DNA of 64,000 nt, taken from an uncultured Nitrososphaerota archaeon (GTDB lineage: Archaea > Thermoproteota > Nitrososphaeria > Nitrososphaerales > Gagatemarchaeaceae). The notes beneath the pieces were generated by a model. That model was not told the DNA's origin and did no database searches. It saw only the letters and a program-made list of their open reading frames with translations. The stretch spans positions 160,001 to 224,000 of the forward strand of contig OY969807.1 in the NCBI GenBank assembly GCA_963703285.1. Direction: 5' to 3'. The translations under genes and the position numbers were made by a program. The first letter of the stretch is position 1; every line of letters begins with the position of its first letter. Shown piece by piece: positions 47,071 to 55,934 of this stretch.

Positions 47071-48767
47071 ACGAGTATCGGGCTCTGCAGGCGGGTGAGG
47101 CTGACCACGGCCTCCCCGACTCCCAGGGAGGAGACGTGGGCCAGCTGCTCCTTCCCTAGGTTGAGCGCCTCGCCGATAAGCCTCAGGTCCTCGGCCCAAG
47201 AGGTCCTGTGGATTATCCTGACCCCCGAGTTCTTGATCACTTCGGAGGCGACCTGTGTCGGAAACTGCGCCACGAAGATCATGGCCTCGCCGAACTTCCT
47301 TAGCTCCGAGATCATCCTCTCGCCGACGCTCGGCGGGTCCTCCTCCCTCCTCGCGGGTGCCACGTTCCGTGCCTCCTCGACGACCAGGAGGTGCTCCATC
47401 CTCCCCCTCCTGGACACCCTCGATTCGTAGATCACCTTGAGGAGTATGTCGACGAAGACGCTCCTCGTCTGTATGTCCCTTATCTGCCCCAGCTCGATCG
47501 AGAGCACCTTGTCGAGCATCTCGTCGATGGTATGGCTGGACGGTCCGTTGAGGGCCCTGCCGACCTGCCCCTCGGTGAGCGGCACGAGCCGTCTCAGGAG
47601 CGCGACCTTGGTCTCGTTGTCGTAAGCCGACCTCAGGGGGTATCCCTCGATCACCTTGACGAGCGAGGAGAGGGTTGGAACCTCGCGCTCAGAAGCCTCG
47701 CCCAGGCACTTCTGCAGCGCATTCCTGAACATGTACGCCTGGGGGTGAGTGAAGTGGTAGATGTCCGAGAATATGTCCGTGGTCATCGCGATGTGCTCCA
47801 CGGGGTCGGTCGAGGACCCCATGTCGAGCGGGTTGACGGTGAACTGGTCCTTGCCCGGCGAGAAGACCTGCCCGCCGACTGACCTTATGAGGTCTGCGTG
47901 CTCGTTGTGCCAGTCGAGGACCATCAGGGGCAGGCCCATCCCTGCCACCTGCCTGACGATCACCGACGCGCTCGTCGACTTGCCGGCGCCCGTCGCGCCC
48001 AGGATGGCCGTGTGCCTCCTGAGGTCGTCGAGCTGCAGCCTGAAGTCGTGGGAGGTGCCCGAGCGCGTCCTGACCTTGCCGAGCAGTATCCCGCTCGTCC
48101 CTGACTCGGCCGCGTTCGGGACGTAGAAGTCGGGTGCTCCGTGGCCAGGCTGGACGGAGGGGCTCCGCCCCTCGAAAGACTCCAGCCTGCTTATCGTGGA
48201 GGCGTCGGCGACCTGGGTGAGCTTCGGCTCGCTCGGCTGGAGGAGGTTCTGCGCGAAGTCCTTCAGCTCGTTTCTTGTGAGCCTCCTGACCGACGAGTTG
48301 GGGACGCCGACCGCGAGTGTGGCAGCGAGGACACCCGTGTTCTGCTCCATGGTCGCCATCGCGTCCGCGGCCCTCTTCGCCTTCACGTCCATCCAGGTCC
48401 CCACCACGAGGTCGAACTCGAAGACCTGGTTGTTCTCGTCGCCCTGCTCCGAGGGTTTGACGAGTATGAGGTAGAGGAAGGGTATCTTCGACCTGTGTAG
48501 GCCGTCGAACAGCCCCTTCATGCGCTGCTGCTGGAGCGTGATCCTAACGGCCGTCGAGTAGTCCAGCTTCGAGTCGTCCACCGTCTCCCCGAGGCCTATC
48601 CTCAGCATGGACATCAGCCTCGAGCTGTCTCCCTTGGTGAAGGCGAGGTAGCGGCCGTCCACGACACCGATGGAGTCTATCTTGAGCGGGACGGCGTTCC
48701 TGACCTTCCACTTCATCCTGGAGAAGATCCCGCCGCCCTCTCCCTCGCCGTCCACCCAGCTCACCAC
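47004..48767 (-). CDS. HerA/FtsK/VirB4-family ATPase (DUF87)
   Basis: RHTAILGATGAGKS, LDWHNEH, VVEEARN, ELRKFG and AQFP motifs. Confidence 0.92.
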   Translation of the reverse strand: MVSWVDGEGEGGGIFSRMKWKVRNAVPLKIDSIGVVDGRYLAFTKGDSSRLMSMLRIGLGETVDDSKLDYSTAVRITLQQQRMKGLFDGLHRSKIPFLYLILVKPSEQGDENNQVFEFDLVVGTWMDVKAKRAADAMATMEQNTGVLAATLAVGVPNSSVRRLTRNELKDFAQNLLQPSEPKLTQVADASTISRLESFEGRSPSVQPGHGAPDFYVPNAAESGTSGILLGKVRTRSGTSHDFRLQLDDLRRHTAILGATGAGKSTSASVIVRQVAGMGLPLMVLDWHNEHADLIRSVGGQVFSPGKDQFTVNPLDMGSSTDPVEHIAMTTDIFSDIYHFTHPQAYMFRNALQKCLGEASEREVPTLSSLVKVIEGYPLRSAYDNETKVALLRRLVPLTEGQVGRALNGPSSHTIDEMLDKVLSIELGQIRDIQTRSVFVDILLKVIYESRVSRRGRMEHLLVVEEARNVAPARREEDPPSVGERMISELRKFGEAMIFVAQFPTQVASEVIKNSGVRIIHRTSWAEDLRLIGEALNLGKEQLAHVSSLGVGEAVVSLTRLQSPILVQVDAGPVLGLERRDVNLVEES

Positions 48768-48997
48768 TGGAAGGCCGAGCTGAAGATGCTGCTCAGGGAA
48801 GAGGAGATGGAGTTCCAGACACCCGACGTGAACCCTCCGGCTTCCTTCAGGATAGACTCGATCCCACCCACCAGGAGGGAAAGCGCAACGAGCGCGACCG
48901 AGAGGAGGAGTGCCTCCTCAATCAGCTGCGCCGCCCTCCTGTCCTTCTTCAGCCTCCTGAAAATTCTCTCGATCATTGAGACCATACGCCCGCCCAC
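48761..48997 (-). CDS. Small prepilin-like protein
   Basis: KKDRRA|AQLIEEALLLSVALVAL class III signal-like sequence. Confidence 0.7.
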   Translation of the reverse strand: MGGRMVSMIERIFRRLKKDRRAAQLIEEALLLSVALVALSLLVGGIESILKEAGGFTSGVWNSISSSLSSIFSSAFQW

Positions 48998-49017
48998 TAT
49001 TTAACGGCCAACCAACC

Positions 49018-49632
49018 CTAGAAGGATACGACGAGGGGCGCGAAGAAGTACGTCACGAGAAGGTAGGCGGCCAGCGAGACGAGCAGGTTGAGGTAGGCCC
49101 TCCTCGGCGAGAAGAAGAACCCGAGGAAGGACGCGGCAGGGATGACGAAGAGGATGCCGAGGTAGGAAGGGCTCGACGGGGCCGGCGTCGCGCTGAGGGT
49201 GAGCTGGAAGGACGTCAGGACCGGCGCGACCACCGAGATCATCGCGGTCACACCGCCAAGGATCGCCGAGACCATGAGGCTCCTCGTCTCCATTATCCGC
49301 TGGTCCACCAGCCGCTGCTGCTTCTTCCAGACCCAATGCTCGAAGAGCGTCGTGAGCCTGTCCGCCCGCCTGCTAGCCTCCACGGCGTTCACCTTGGCTT
49401 GGTTCACGAGGTAGAGCAGGACCTCCCGCGAAGGGTCCTCCGCGGAGACCAGGTTCGCGACCGCCTGTTCGACCGGCCTCCCGAGCAGGATCTGCCTGAC
49501 CATCTCCCTCTCCTCTACGAGATTGCTAGAGCCGAATGTCTCCACGATGGACGCCGCTATACCCTTGCCGTGGGCCGAGAGCCTCAGCACCTGCCTCAGC
49601 CTTCCCATCCGGGCGAGTTCTCTAGAGCTCAC
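49018..49632 (-). CDS. TadB/TadC-like pilus membrane platform protein
   Basis: Helical domain plus 3 C-terminal TMs; operonic with a VirB11-like ATPase. Confidence 0.6.
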   Translation of the reverse strand: MSSRELARMGRLRQVLRLSAHGKGIAASIVETFGSSNLVEEREMVRQILLGRPVEQAVANLVSAEDPSREVLLYLVNQAKVNAVEASRRADRLTTLFEHWVWKKQQRLVDQRIMETRSLMVSAILGGVTAMISVVAPVLTSFQLTLSATPAPSSPSYLGILFVIPAASFLGFFFSPRRAYLNLLVSLAAYLLVTYFFAPLVVSF

Positions 49633-50333
49633 GCCGAGAGCCTGCTCCTCTCCGTCGATGACAGGGAGAGCGCGATGTCCAGGACCACGACCTCAAGGAA
49701 CGCGAGGCTGACCATCGCGACCGCCCCGGTGTGGTGGCCGATGGCGGCCAGAAGCATCAGCATGATGGGGAGGAAGAACGAGACGGTCAGGAAGACAGGG
49801 AACTTCGTCTCCTCCTTCGAGACCGACGCCGCCACCATCCCCTCCAGCTCCTCCCCCTCGTCGTCGAGCCTCTCGCCCTGTGCCCTGACCACAGAGCCGA
49901 GGATCTTGGAGACGGACTCGGACTCCGCACTACCTCCCCTCCTTGCAAAGCTGTCGGCGGGGTCGAAGCCGAGCAGCGTCGTCCTCCTGAGCTCACCCAG
50001 AAGAGCGGCGAGCCGCGGCTCCTCCGACCGCAGCATGAGTACGGTCTTGCACTTGGAGCCCGAGCTCCGGAGATAGACGGCCGCAGCCGCGGCGAGGGCG
50101 GGAGACTCCCTCGCCTGCTGGATCGCCGATCGTTCGAGCGACCGCCGGGGCAGCGCAGCCAGAGAGTACCCGGCCCCCACCGCGACGACGACGCCTAGCA
50201 CGAGGGAGAACTGACCGAGGAGGGGGTAGGTGACCGCCGAGACGACGGATGCCAGAGCCAGCGCCACCGCGGCGACGGCGACGCCCATCCTCCTGCCATC
50301 GAGGCCGAGGGCGTCCCAAGACCCCCAGTTCAA
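49629..50333 (-). CDS. TadB/TadC-like pilus membrane platform protein
   Basis: 2 TMs, helical domain (LLGFDP) and 2 TMs; overlapping start/stop coupling. Confidence 0.6.
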   Translation of the reverse strand: MNWGSWDALGLDGRRMGVAVAAVALALASVVSAVTYPLLGQFSLVLGVVVAVGAGYSLAALPRRSLERSAIQQARESPALAAAAAVYLRSSGSKCKTVLMLRSEEPRLAALLGELRRTTLLGFDPADSFARRGGSAESESVSKILGSVVRAQGERLDDEGEELEGMVAASVSKEETKFPVFLTVSFFLPIMLMLLAAIGHHTGAVAMVSLAFLEVVVLDIALSLSSTERSRLSA

Positions 50334-51784
50334 CGGCCCACCTTCACGCTCATCTCCTCTACCCTTGCCTGAACCGCCTCCAGCTCATCGAGGATTCGGT
50401 CCCTCGTGACGGACGGTCTCCTCACCTGGAGGCCCTCCCAGGGGATGATACGCTGGAGCCTGCCGTCCCTCCCCCTCGAGTAAAGCTCCGCGAGGGTCGC
50501 CTCCCCTTCCTCCTCCACGAGGAGACTGATCGCCGATACGTGCCTGCGCGACCCGAGCCTCTCCGGTCTGGCCATCTGGACGACGAAGTCGAGGTCCAGG
50601 AGGTTCGCCTTCGAGATGCCGTGCATCTCCCTCCACCTCCTGACAGCCTGGGCCGCCGACGAGGCGTGAAAGGTCTGTAGGCCCCTGATGCCAGCCGAGA
50701 GGGCGTGGAAGAAAGCCTTGCTGTGCTCCTCCGACTGGATCTCCCCCAGGATCACGACGTCGGGCGACCTGTGGAGTATCTTGGTTATCTCGGCCGACTT
50801 CGTCCTGGAGCTCTCCGCAGACCTCTCGAACGGGTCGACCTTGAGCTTCAGCTGGTGGTAGCCTTCGCCAAGCAGGTCCTTGGTCTCGACCGCGTCCTCG
50901 ACGTAGATCCTCCTCAGCCTTGGGTTCAGGGCCTCATCGAGCGCGTTGAGGAGCGTGGTCTTCCCCGTCCCTGTCTCCCCCACCACGGTCACGTTCATTC
51001 CAAGCTCCAGGGCGGCTATGAGAAGCGAGGCAGACTCCATCGAAAGGACGTCCGTCCTCACGAGGTCCGCTATCGTCAGACCGCTCGAGGTCAGCTTCCG
51101 TACGTCCAGCGAGAAAGCGTTGACGGCCAGCGGGGCGAGGTCGAGGGAGATGCGGAGCCTCCTGCCGAATATGTCGAACTCGTTCTTCAGCGAGGGGTTC
51201 GAGAAATCTATCGTGTACCCCTTGAAAGTGTCCATGTGCGTCTCGATGGCCTTCCTCTCCCTCTCCGTCAGGGTCAGCCGTGTCTCGCACCGCCCGTACC
51301 TTGCGTGGTCGAGGTAGACCGGGGCACCCGGGGCGTCGACGTAGAACTCCGAGACGTGGTCGTCGAGGGAGAGGCAGTAGATGGTCGGTATGCCCACAGC
51401 CTCGAACGCCGCAATTCGCGAGAGGACCCTGACTCTCTCCGTCTCCTGGATTGAAGCCAGCCGGCTGACTCCCGCCTGAGACAGGTCCTCGACCAGCCCC
51501 GTGAACGACGGGGGTACCTCTGCGGCGGGGCTGAGCCTCGCGGAGACGTCCGCGACGGTATCTCGCAGCAAGCCGAGCTCGAGGGGGGAGATGTCGGGGA
51601 TTGCCTGGTAGTTGACGCCATTCCGCGACCTCTTAATCGTGTACACGAAGGGCGGGATCCTGTACGACTCGACCTCCTCTCCATCTGCCTCCTGGAAGAG
51701 CTCGAGGAGGAGGGGCGAGACGCGGCGCGCGGCGGCCTTCTTCCCGGCCAGTCGTCGAACCACCCGGGTTATCGGTCCTTCCAA
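50330..51784 (-). CDS. Type II/IV secretion ATPase (VirB11/CpaF/FlaI family)
   Basis: GETGTGKTTLLNAL, VEDAVE, HRSPD..ILGEI and TFHA motifs. Confidence 0.93.
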   Translation of the reverse strand: MEGPITRVVRRLAGKKAAARRVSPLLLELFQEADGEEVESYRIPPFVYTIKRSRNGVNYQAIPDISPLELGLLRDTVADVSARLSPAAEVPPSFTGLVEDLSQAGVSRLASIQETERVRVLSRIAAFEAVGIPTIYCLSLDDHVSEFYVDAPGAPVYLDHARYGRCETRLTLTERERKAIETHMDTFKGYTIDFSNPSLKNEFDIFGRRLRISLDLAPLAVNAFSLDVRKLTSSGLTIADLVRTDVLSMESASLLIAALELGMNVTVVGETGTGKTTLLNALDEALNPRLRRIYVEDAVETKDLLGEGYHQLKLKVDPFERSAESSRTKSAEITKILHRSPDVVILGEIQSEEHSKAFFHALSAGIRGLQTFHASSAAQAVRRWREMHGISKANLLDLDFVVQMARPERLGSRRHVSAISLLVEEEGEATLAELYSRGRDGRLQRIIPWEGLQVRRPSVTRDRILDELEAVQARVEEMSVKVGR

Positions 51785-51863
51785 CGCGCCGACAACCCGT
51801 CGGTGTATTAAGCCACCACTGGGTGGCCGCTTAAATCGACTGCGAGAATCTTGTCCGGTTCAT

Positions 51864-52226
51864 ATGGTCGAACTGGTTGAGTACATGCTCGTCCTCGGTC
51901 TGACCGTCACGCTCTCCGCCCTCGGTTTCGTAATCCTGGGGGGTGCCCTCCCCGTCTTGAACCAGAGCCAGGCCAAGGCTCAGCTCGAAGAGATAGAGGG
52001 TGCGGCGGGGCTCGCCGCCCTGAAGGGGAACACGACGTTAGTCCTCCCCCTCTCCGACGCCTCCCTCGAGTGCTCCCAGGGCCTCCTCAGCATCTCATCG
52101 GGCGGCTCGAGCTACTCCTCCCCTGTGGACTATCCGTGCAGCTTCAGCTACGAAGGAGTTTCATGCCTTTGCAGCCTCATTTTCAGCGAGTCTCAGGGCG
52201 AGGTTCAGCTGAGGGTGGTGAACTGA
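51864..52226 (+). CDS. Pilin-like protein
   Basis: MVELVEYMLVLG hydrophobic N-terminus; Cys-containing head; TTAAAT box upstream. Confidence 0.65.
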   Translation: MVELVEYMLVLGLTVTLSALGFVILGGALPVLNQSQAKAQLEEIEGAAGLAALKGNTTLVLPLSDASLECSQGLLSISSGGSSYSSPVDYPCSFSYEGVSCLCSLIFSESQGEVQLRVVN

Positions 52227-52597
52227 TGCCCGTATCTGGAGTATCCGGGGCGCTCTCCACCTCAATCTACTTCGTCTCGCTCTTCCTCCTCCTTGCGACA
52301 CTGATACCGCCAACTAGGGCCGCCTACGACGACGCCGACCTCGCCGCAGCCAGGCACCTAGCTGGCGCCCTAGCCCAGCAGATAGACGACCTGTCGCCGG
52401 GGATGACGAGCGCCCTGAAGTTCGGGTCGTCCCCTGGCGTCTCCACCTCCGTCCTCCTGTCCGGCCGGAACGTGACCGCGACGGTGGGAGGCTCGTCCGC
52501 CACCGCCGGTGTGGTCTGGCAGCTGCCGACCTCGCTCCTCTCGGCGGACGACACATACGTAGTTTCGCTCGATGGAGGTGCGCTAGAGGTTGCGTAG
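52226..52597 (+). CDS. Pilin-like protein
   Basis: TGATG coupling; N-terminal TM, helix, then LSPG and beta-rich head. Confidence 0.65.
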   Translation: MPVSGVSGALSTSIYFVSLFLLLATLIPPTRAAYDDADLAAARHLAGALAQQIDDLSPGMTSALKFGSSPGVSTSVLLSGRNVTATVGGSSATAGVVWQLPTSLLSADDTYVVSLDGGALEVA

Positions 52598-52703
52598 GCG
52601 GGGGTTCATAGACCTCTACGTGGACGTCGCCCTGGCCTTCTTGGTGATCCTCGTCCTCTCGGCGGTCTGCCTCTCCCTCCTCGCTTCCCACGCAGGTGCC
52701 TGA
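52590..52703 (+). CDS. 37-aa micro-prepilin (not in ORF track)
   Basis: MRRRG|FIDLYVDVALAFLVILVLSAVCLSLLASHAGA*; fills the operon gap exactly. Confidence 0.65.
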   Translation: MRRRGFIDLYVDVALAFLVILVLSAVCLSLLASHAGA

Positions 52704-52705
52704 GG

Positions 52706-53065
52706 TTGAGGACCATCGACGTCGCCGTCGCAGCGGGTTACGCTGTACTTTGCATATCCCTCATCTCGGTGATGAGCCCCTACGGCGCGGAAGGTGGGGG
52801 CATCACAGCCACGGCGGACTCCAGGGCCAGCGTGGCTGCCGCCTCGTACGTCCAGAAGGTTGGGCTCCCCTTTCTGGCGACCGCCTCCCCGGGGCTCTTC
52901 TGCTCCTCCCTCGAGTCATCGAGCAACTCGACCGTGGTCCTCGGTGGGTCGATCGACGGCCACAGCTGTGGGCCGCCACCCACCGATGTCATCGGCTCCT
53001 CGAGCCTCGGTTTCGCTCTTTCGGGCCAGCAGGTGGAGATAGAGGCATGGGTCGCAGGGGCGTAG
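52706..53065 (+). CDS. Pilin-like/secreted protein
   Basis: N-terminal hydrophobic helix; Ser-rich with Cys pair. Confidence 0.65.
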   Translation: MRTIDVAVAAGYAVLCISLISVMSPYGAEGGGITATADSRASVAAASYVQKVGLPFLATASPGLFCSSLESSSNSTVVLGGSIDGHSCGPPPTDVIGSSSLGFALSGQQVEIEAWVAGA

Positions 53066-53850
53066 CAGCCACCATCGTCTCCTTCGTCGTCTTCACCTCC
53101 TTGCTTCTCGCCAACTCGGCGCTCTACTCCTCGGCCAACAGCGGCCTGAGCGCCGCTCTGACTTCGTCGATGCAGGTGAAGGAGAGGACAACGGCCGGGG
53201 TTCTCGACGGTGTCTCGGGCTTCGATGCGCTCTCTTCGGTCCAGGACTTCGTCCAATCTAACCCCCTCGATTGCGCCTCGCCCCAGGCGTACTTCGACTC
53301 GCTGGCGGGGAGCGCCAGCGGGACGGGGTCAGAAGGCGGGATGTCCTACGTTACGCGCACGTCCTGGTCGTACGCGACCGACCTTACCGCGAGCGGGGAC
53401 GACTCCACGCTCTCGCCGTTCAACGGCTACGAAGCGGGCGCCCTGAACCTGTACGTCAGCGTCGAGGTCGACGAGTCCTACGACGGCGGCCTGCCATCCT
53501 ACTCGACGCAGTCCGCCGAGACCGTGCACCTTCCCATGGCGCTCTCTTCCTCCATCTCGCTCTGCCTCTCGGCGCTCTCGGACCTGGGCGCAGCTCTCTC
53601 CTCCCTCCAGTCGTGCAACTCGACCGGCGTCGCCAGCGCCACGGCCTCGGCGGAGACCACCTATCCGGTCCTGGGCGCCTTCGAGCTCGGGGTCTCCTCC
53701 AGCCCTCAGCAGTCGGGCTGCCTGGTCACCTACTCGGTCATGACAACAGAGGCTGGGACGGGTGTGTCCGGCGGGTTTCAGTGGTCTGTGTGGGGCGAAG
53801 GATCGCTCGATGCCTCAGTTCCTCCAGGATCTCTTCCATCCGGGGCCTGA
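53047..53850 (+). CDS. Large prepilin-like protein
   Basis: MGRRG|VAATIVSFVVFTSLLL class III signal; Ser/Thr-rich. Confidence 0.7.
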   Translation: MGRRGVAATIVSFVVFTSLLLANSALYSSANSGLSAALTSSMQVKERTTAGVLDGVSGFDALSSVQDFVQSNPLDCASPQAYFDSLAGSASGTGSEGGMSYVTRTSWSYATDLTASGDDSTLSPFNGYEAGALNLYVSVEVDESYDGGLPSYSTQSAETVHLPMALSSSISLCLSALSDLGAALSSLQSCNSTGVASATASAETTYPVLGAFELGVSSSPQQSGCLVTYSVMTTEAGTGVSGGFQWSVWGEGSLDASVPPGSLPSGA

Positions 53851-54757
53851 AGATCTCGACGAACTGCTCCCTGATGGTGTACTCGGCGACCTCGACCGTC
53901 GCTGCCATCACCCTCTGCGAAATCCTCTTCTTCCTGCGCTCAAGGAGCGCCAGCGCGATCTCCCCTGCGTAGACCGCCGTTGCGGCGAGCGCCCGAGGGT
54001 TGTGACCCCCCCTGGACGGTCCATCGACGCTCTCGAGCGCTATCCTGGCGGCGTCGTGGAGCGAATTGAGGTAGCCGAGAGGTAGCGAGCCATCTGCCGG
54101 GAGCTTCGACTCGAGGCGGACCATGACGTTCCCGACGTACTCCTCCGCGCGCCTCGGCCTGGTCCTGATGGGCGAATCGATCGAGATCTGGATTATCACA
54201 GATCCCTTCACGCGATAGCCCAGGTTCCGGTGCGCCGCCAGTATCTCCTTCACGCCAACGCTCGACGTGCCGAGCCTCTTGCAGGCATTGATAACCGCAA
54301 AGGCGGAGATGGCGGGTATCGTTATCTCACCGTGGCCCCGCCTCATCTCCATGACGGACTTGGCTATCGTCACAGAATCCGCGACTACGGCGCTCGGCAG
54401 CACGAGCTTCTCGCACACCCTCTCGATCAGCCTCGCGCAGTTGTAGACCGCCGCCCCGTCCCTGTAGGAGTAGTCGGAGATCGTCTTCAGGTACTTGAAG
54501 GTCGAGGGAGACGACGAGAGCCCCCTGGAGAATATCTCATCGTTCCCGTACTCGTGCGGTCCGAGGAAGCTTCCGAGCGAGTGATTCGTGAAGTCCACGG
54601 CCTGCGGGGCCCTGTACTCGCCGGTCTCGACCACCTCCTTGGGCGTGACCACGCCACACGAAGAGCAGACCATCTCTTCACCTATGTCGACCACGCGCCC
54701 CAGGCACTGGCCGCAACCCTCCGAGCGAGACGTTGTTAGCATGAAGGGCAGGTCCAA
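53738..54757 (-). CDS. tfb: Divergent transcription initiation factor B (TFB) paralog
   Basis: CGQC...CSSC Zn ribbon, two cyclin-like repeats (GHNPRALAATAVY), ISQRVMA..VEVAEYTIRE HTH. Confidence 0.85.
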   Translation of the reverse strand: MDLPFMLTTSRSEGCGQCLGRVVDIGEEMVCSSCGVVTPKEVVETGEYRAPQAVDFTNHSLGSFLGPHEYGNDEIFSRGLSSSPSTFKYLKTISDYSYRDGAAVYNCARLIERVCEKLVLPSAVVADSVTIAKSVMEMRRGHGEITIPAISAFAVINACKRLGTSSVGVKEILAAHRNLGYRVKGSVIIQISIDSPIRTRPRRAEEYVGNVMVRLESKLPADGSLPLGYLNSLHDAARIALESVDGPSRGGHNPRALAATAVYAGEIALALLERRKKRISQRVMAATVEVAEYTIREQFVEIFRPRMEEILEELRHRAILRPTQTTETRRTHPSQPLLS

Positions 54758-54913
54758 CGGTCCTCTAATGCCCTAGGTTGGTCACCAGGTACCACTCCCT
54801 TACCGTGGAACGGCCCACGACCATGCCTCTCAGGCGGGGAGGGGTCGGGTCGTGTGAAAGTGTCGGCCACACCCAACAATTTAAAAATCGAGCGAGGCGC
54901 GACCGGTAACTCG

Positions 54914-55864
54914 ATGAACCGGTCCGAACTTCTAGAGGTCTCCGACATCCGGCTGAGGCCCTCCGCCGAGCTGGTCGGCCTCATCGATCAGATGTACCGT
55001 GCCGGCGGCTTCATGGCGAAGAACCTTGCTGAGGCCGCTAGGATCGAGCTCGAGATGGTGAGGGACAAGAGGTGCACGAAGTTCCTCTCGTTCCCCGCGG
55101 CCCTGATGGCGACGGGAGCGAGGGGCGTCATCGTCGACATGGTCAAGAGCGGGATGGTCGACGTCATAGTCACCACCGTGGGAACCCTTGACCACGACCT
55201 CAGCCGTTCGTGGGGGCACTACTATCACGGGAGCTTCCAGCTCGACGACGCCAAGCTCCAGAAGGCGGGATACCACCGGCTCGGGAACATCGTCGTTCCC
55301 ATCGAAGTCTACGGCCCGGCCATAGAGAAGAAGCTCCAGCCCTGGCTCGACGGGCTCTATGCCGGCGGGAGGCGCAGCCTCAGCACCGAGGAGCTCTGCT
55401 TCGAGCTGGGAGGGCTGGTCGACGACCGGCAGAGCCTCCTCTACTGGGCGCGGAAGAAGGGGGTTCCGATGTTCATTCCGGGACCGATGGACGGCGCCGT
55501 CGGCTCACAGATCTGGCTCTTCGCGAACCGACGGTCGGACTTCACGGTCGACGTCATCAAGGACGAGAAGCGCCTCGCGGACATCGTCTTCGACTCGAAG
55601 AAGACCGGTGCTCTGGTGGTCGGGGGAGGGATATCAAAGCACCACACCATCTGGTGGAACATGTTCAAGGGCGGCCTGGACTACGCCTGCTACATCACGA
55701 CGGCGGTCGAGTACGATGGCTCCCTTAGCGGAGCACAGGTGCGCGAGGCCATCTCCTGGGGGAAGGTGAAGGAGAAGGCCAGGCAGACGACGCTCTACGC
55801 CGACGCCACGATCGCCCTCCCGCTCATAGCCACCTACGTCCTCACGAAGGAAGGGTCCGCCTGA
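54914..55864 (+). CDS. dys: Deoxyhypusine synthase
   Basis: GGF.A, RLGNI, GGGISKHH and DGSLSGA..REAISWGKV motifs. Confidence 0.96.
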   Translation: MNRSELLEVSDIRLRPSAELVGLIDQMYRAGGFMAKNLAEAARIELEMVRDKRCTKFLSFPAALMATGARGVIVDMVKSGMVDVIVTTVGTLDHDLSRSWGHYYHGSFQLDDAKLQKAGYHRLGNIVVPIEVYGPAIEKKLQPWLDGLYAGGRRSLSTEELCFELGGLVDDRQSLLYWARKKGVPMFIPGPMDGAVGSQIWLFANRRSDFTVDVIKDEKRLADIVFDSKKTGALVVGGGISKHHTIWWNMFKGGLDYACYITTAVEYDGSLSGAQVREAISWGKVKEKARQTTLYADATIALPLIATYVLTKEGSA

Positions 55865-55934
55865 TCGGGAGACGCGCCTCATTGTTTATAACTGATTCTC
55901 AAATCCCCTGCGGGCCAAGGTCGACAAAGCCTAT

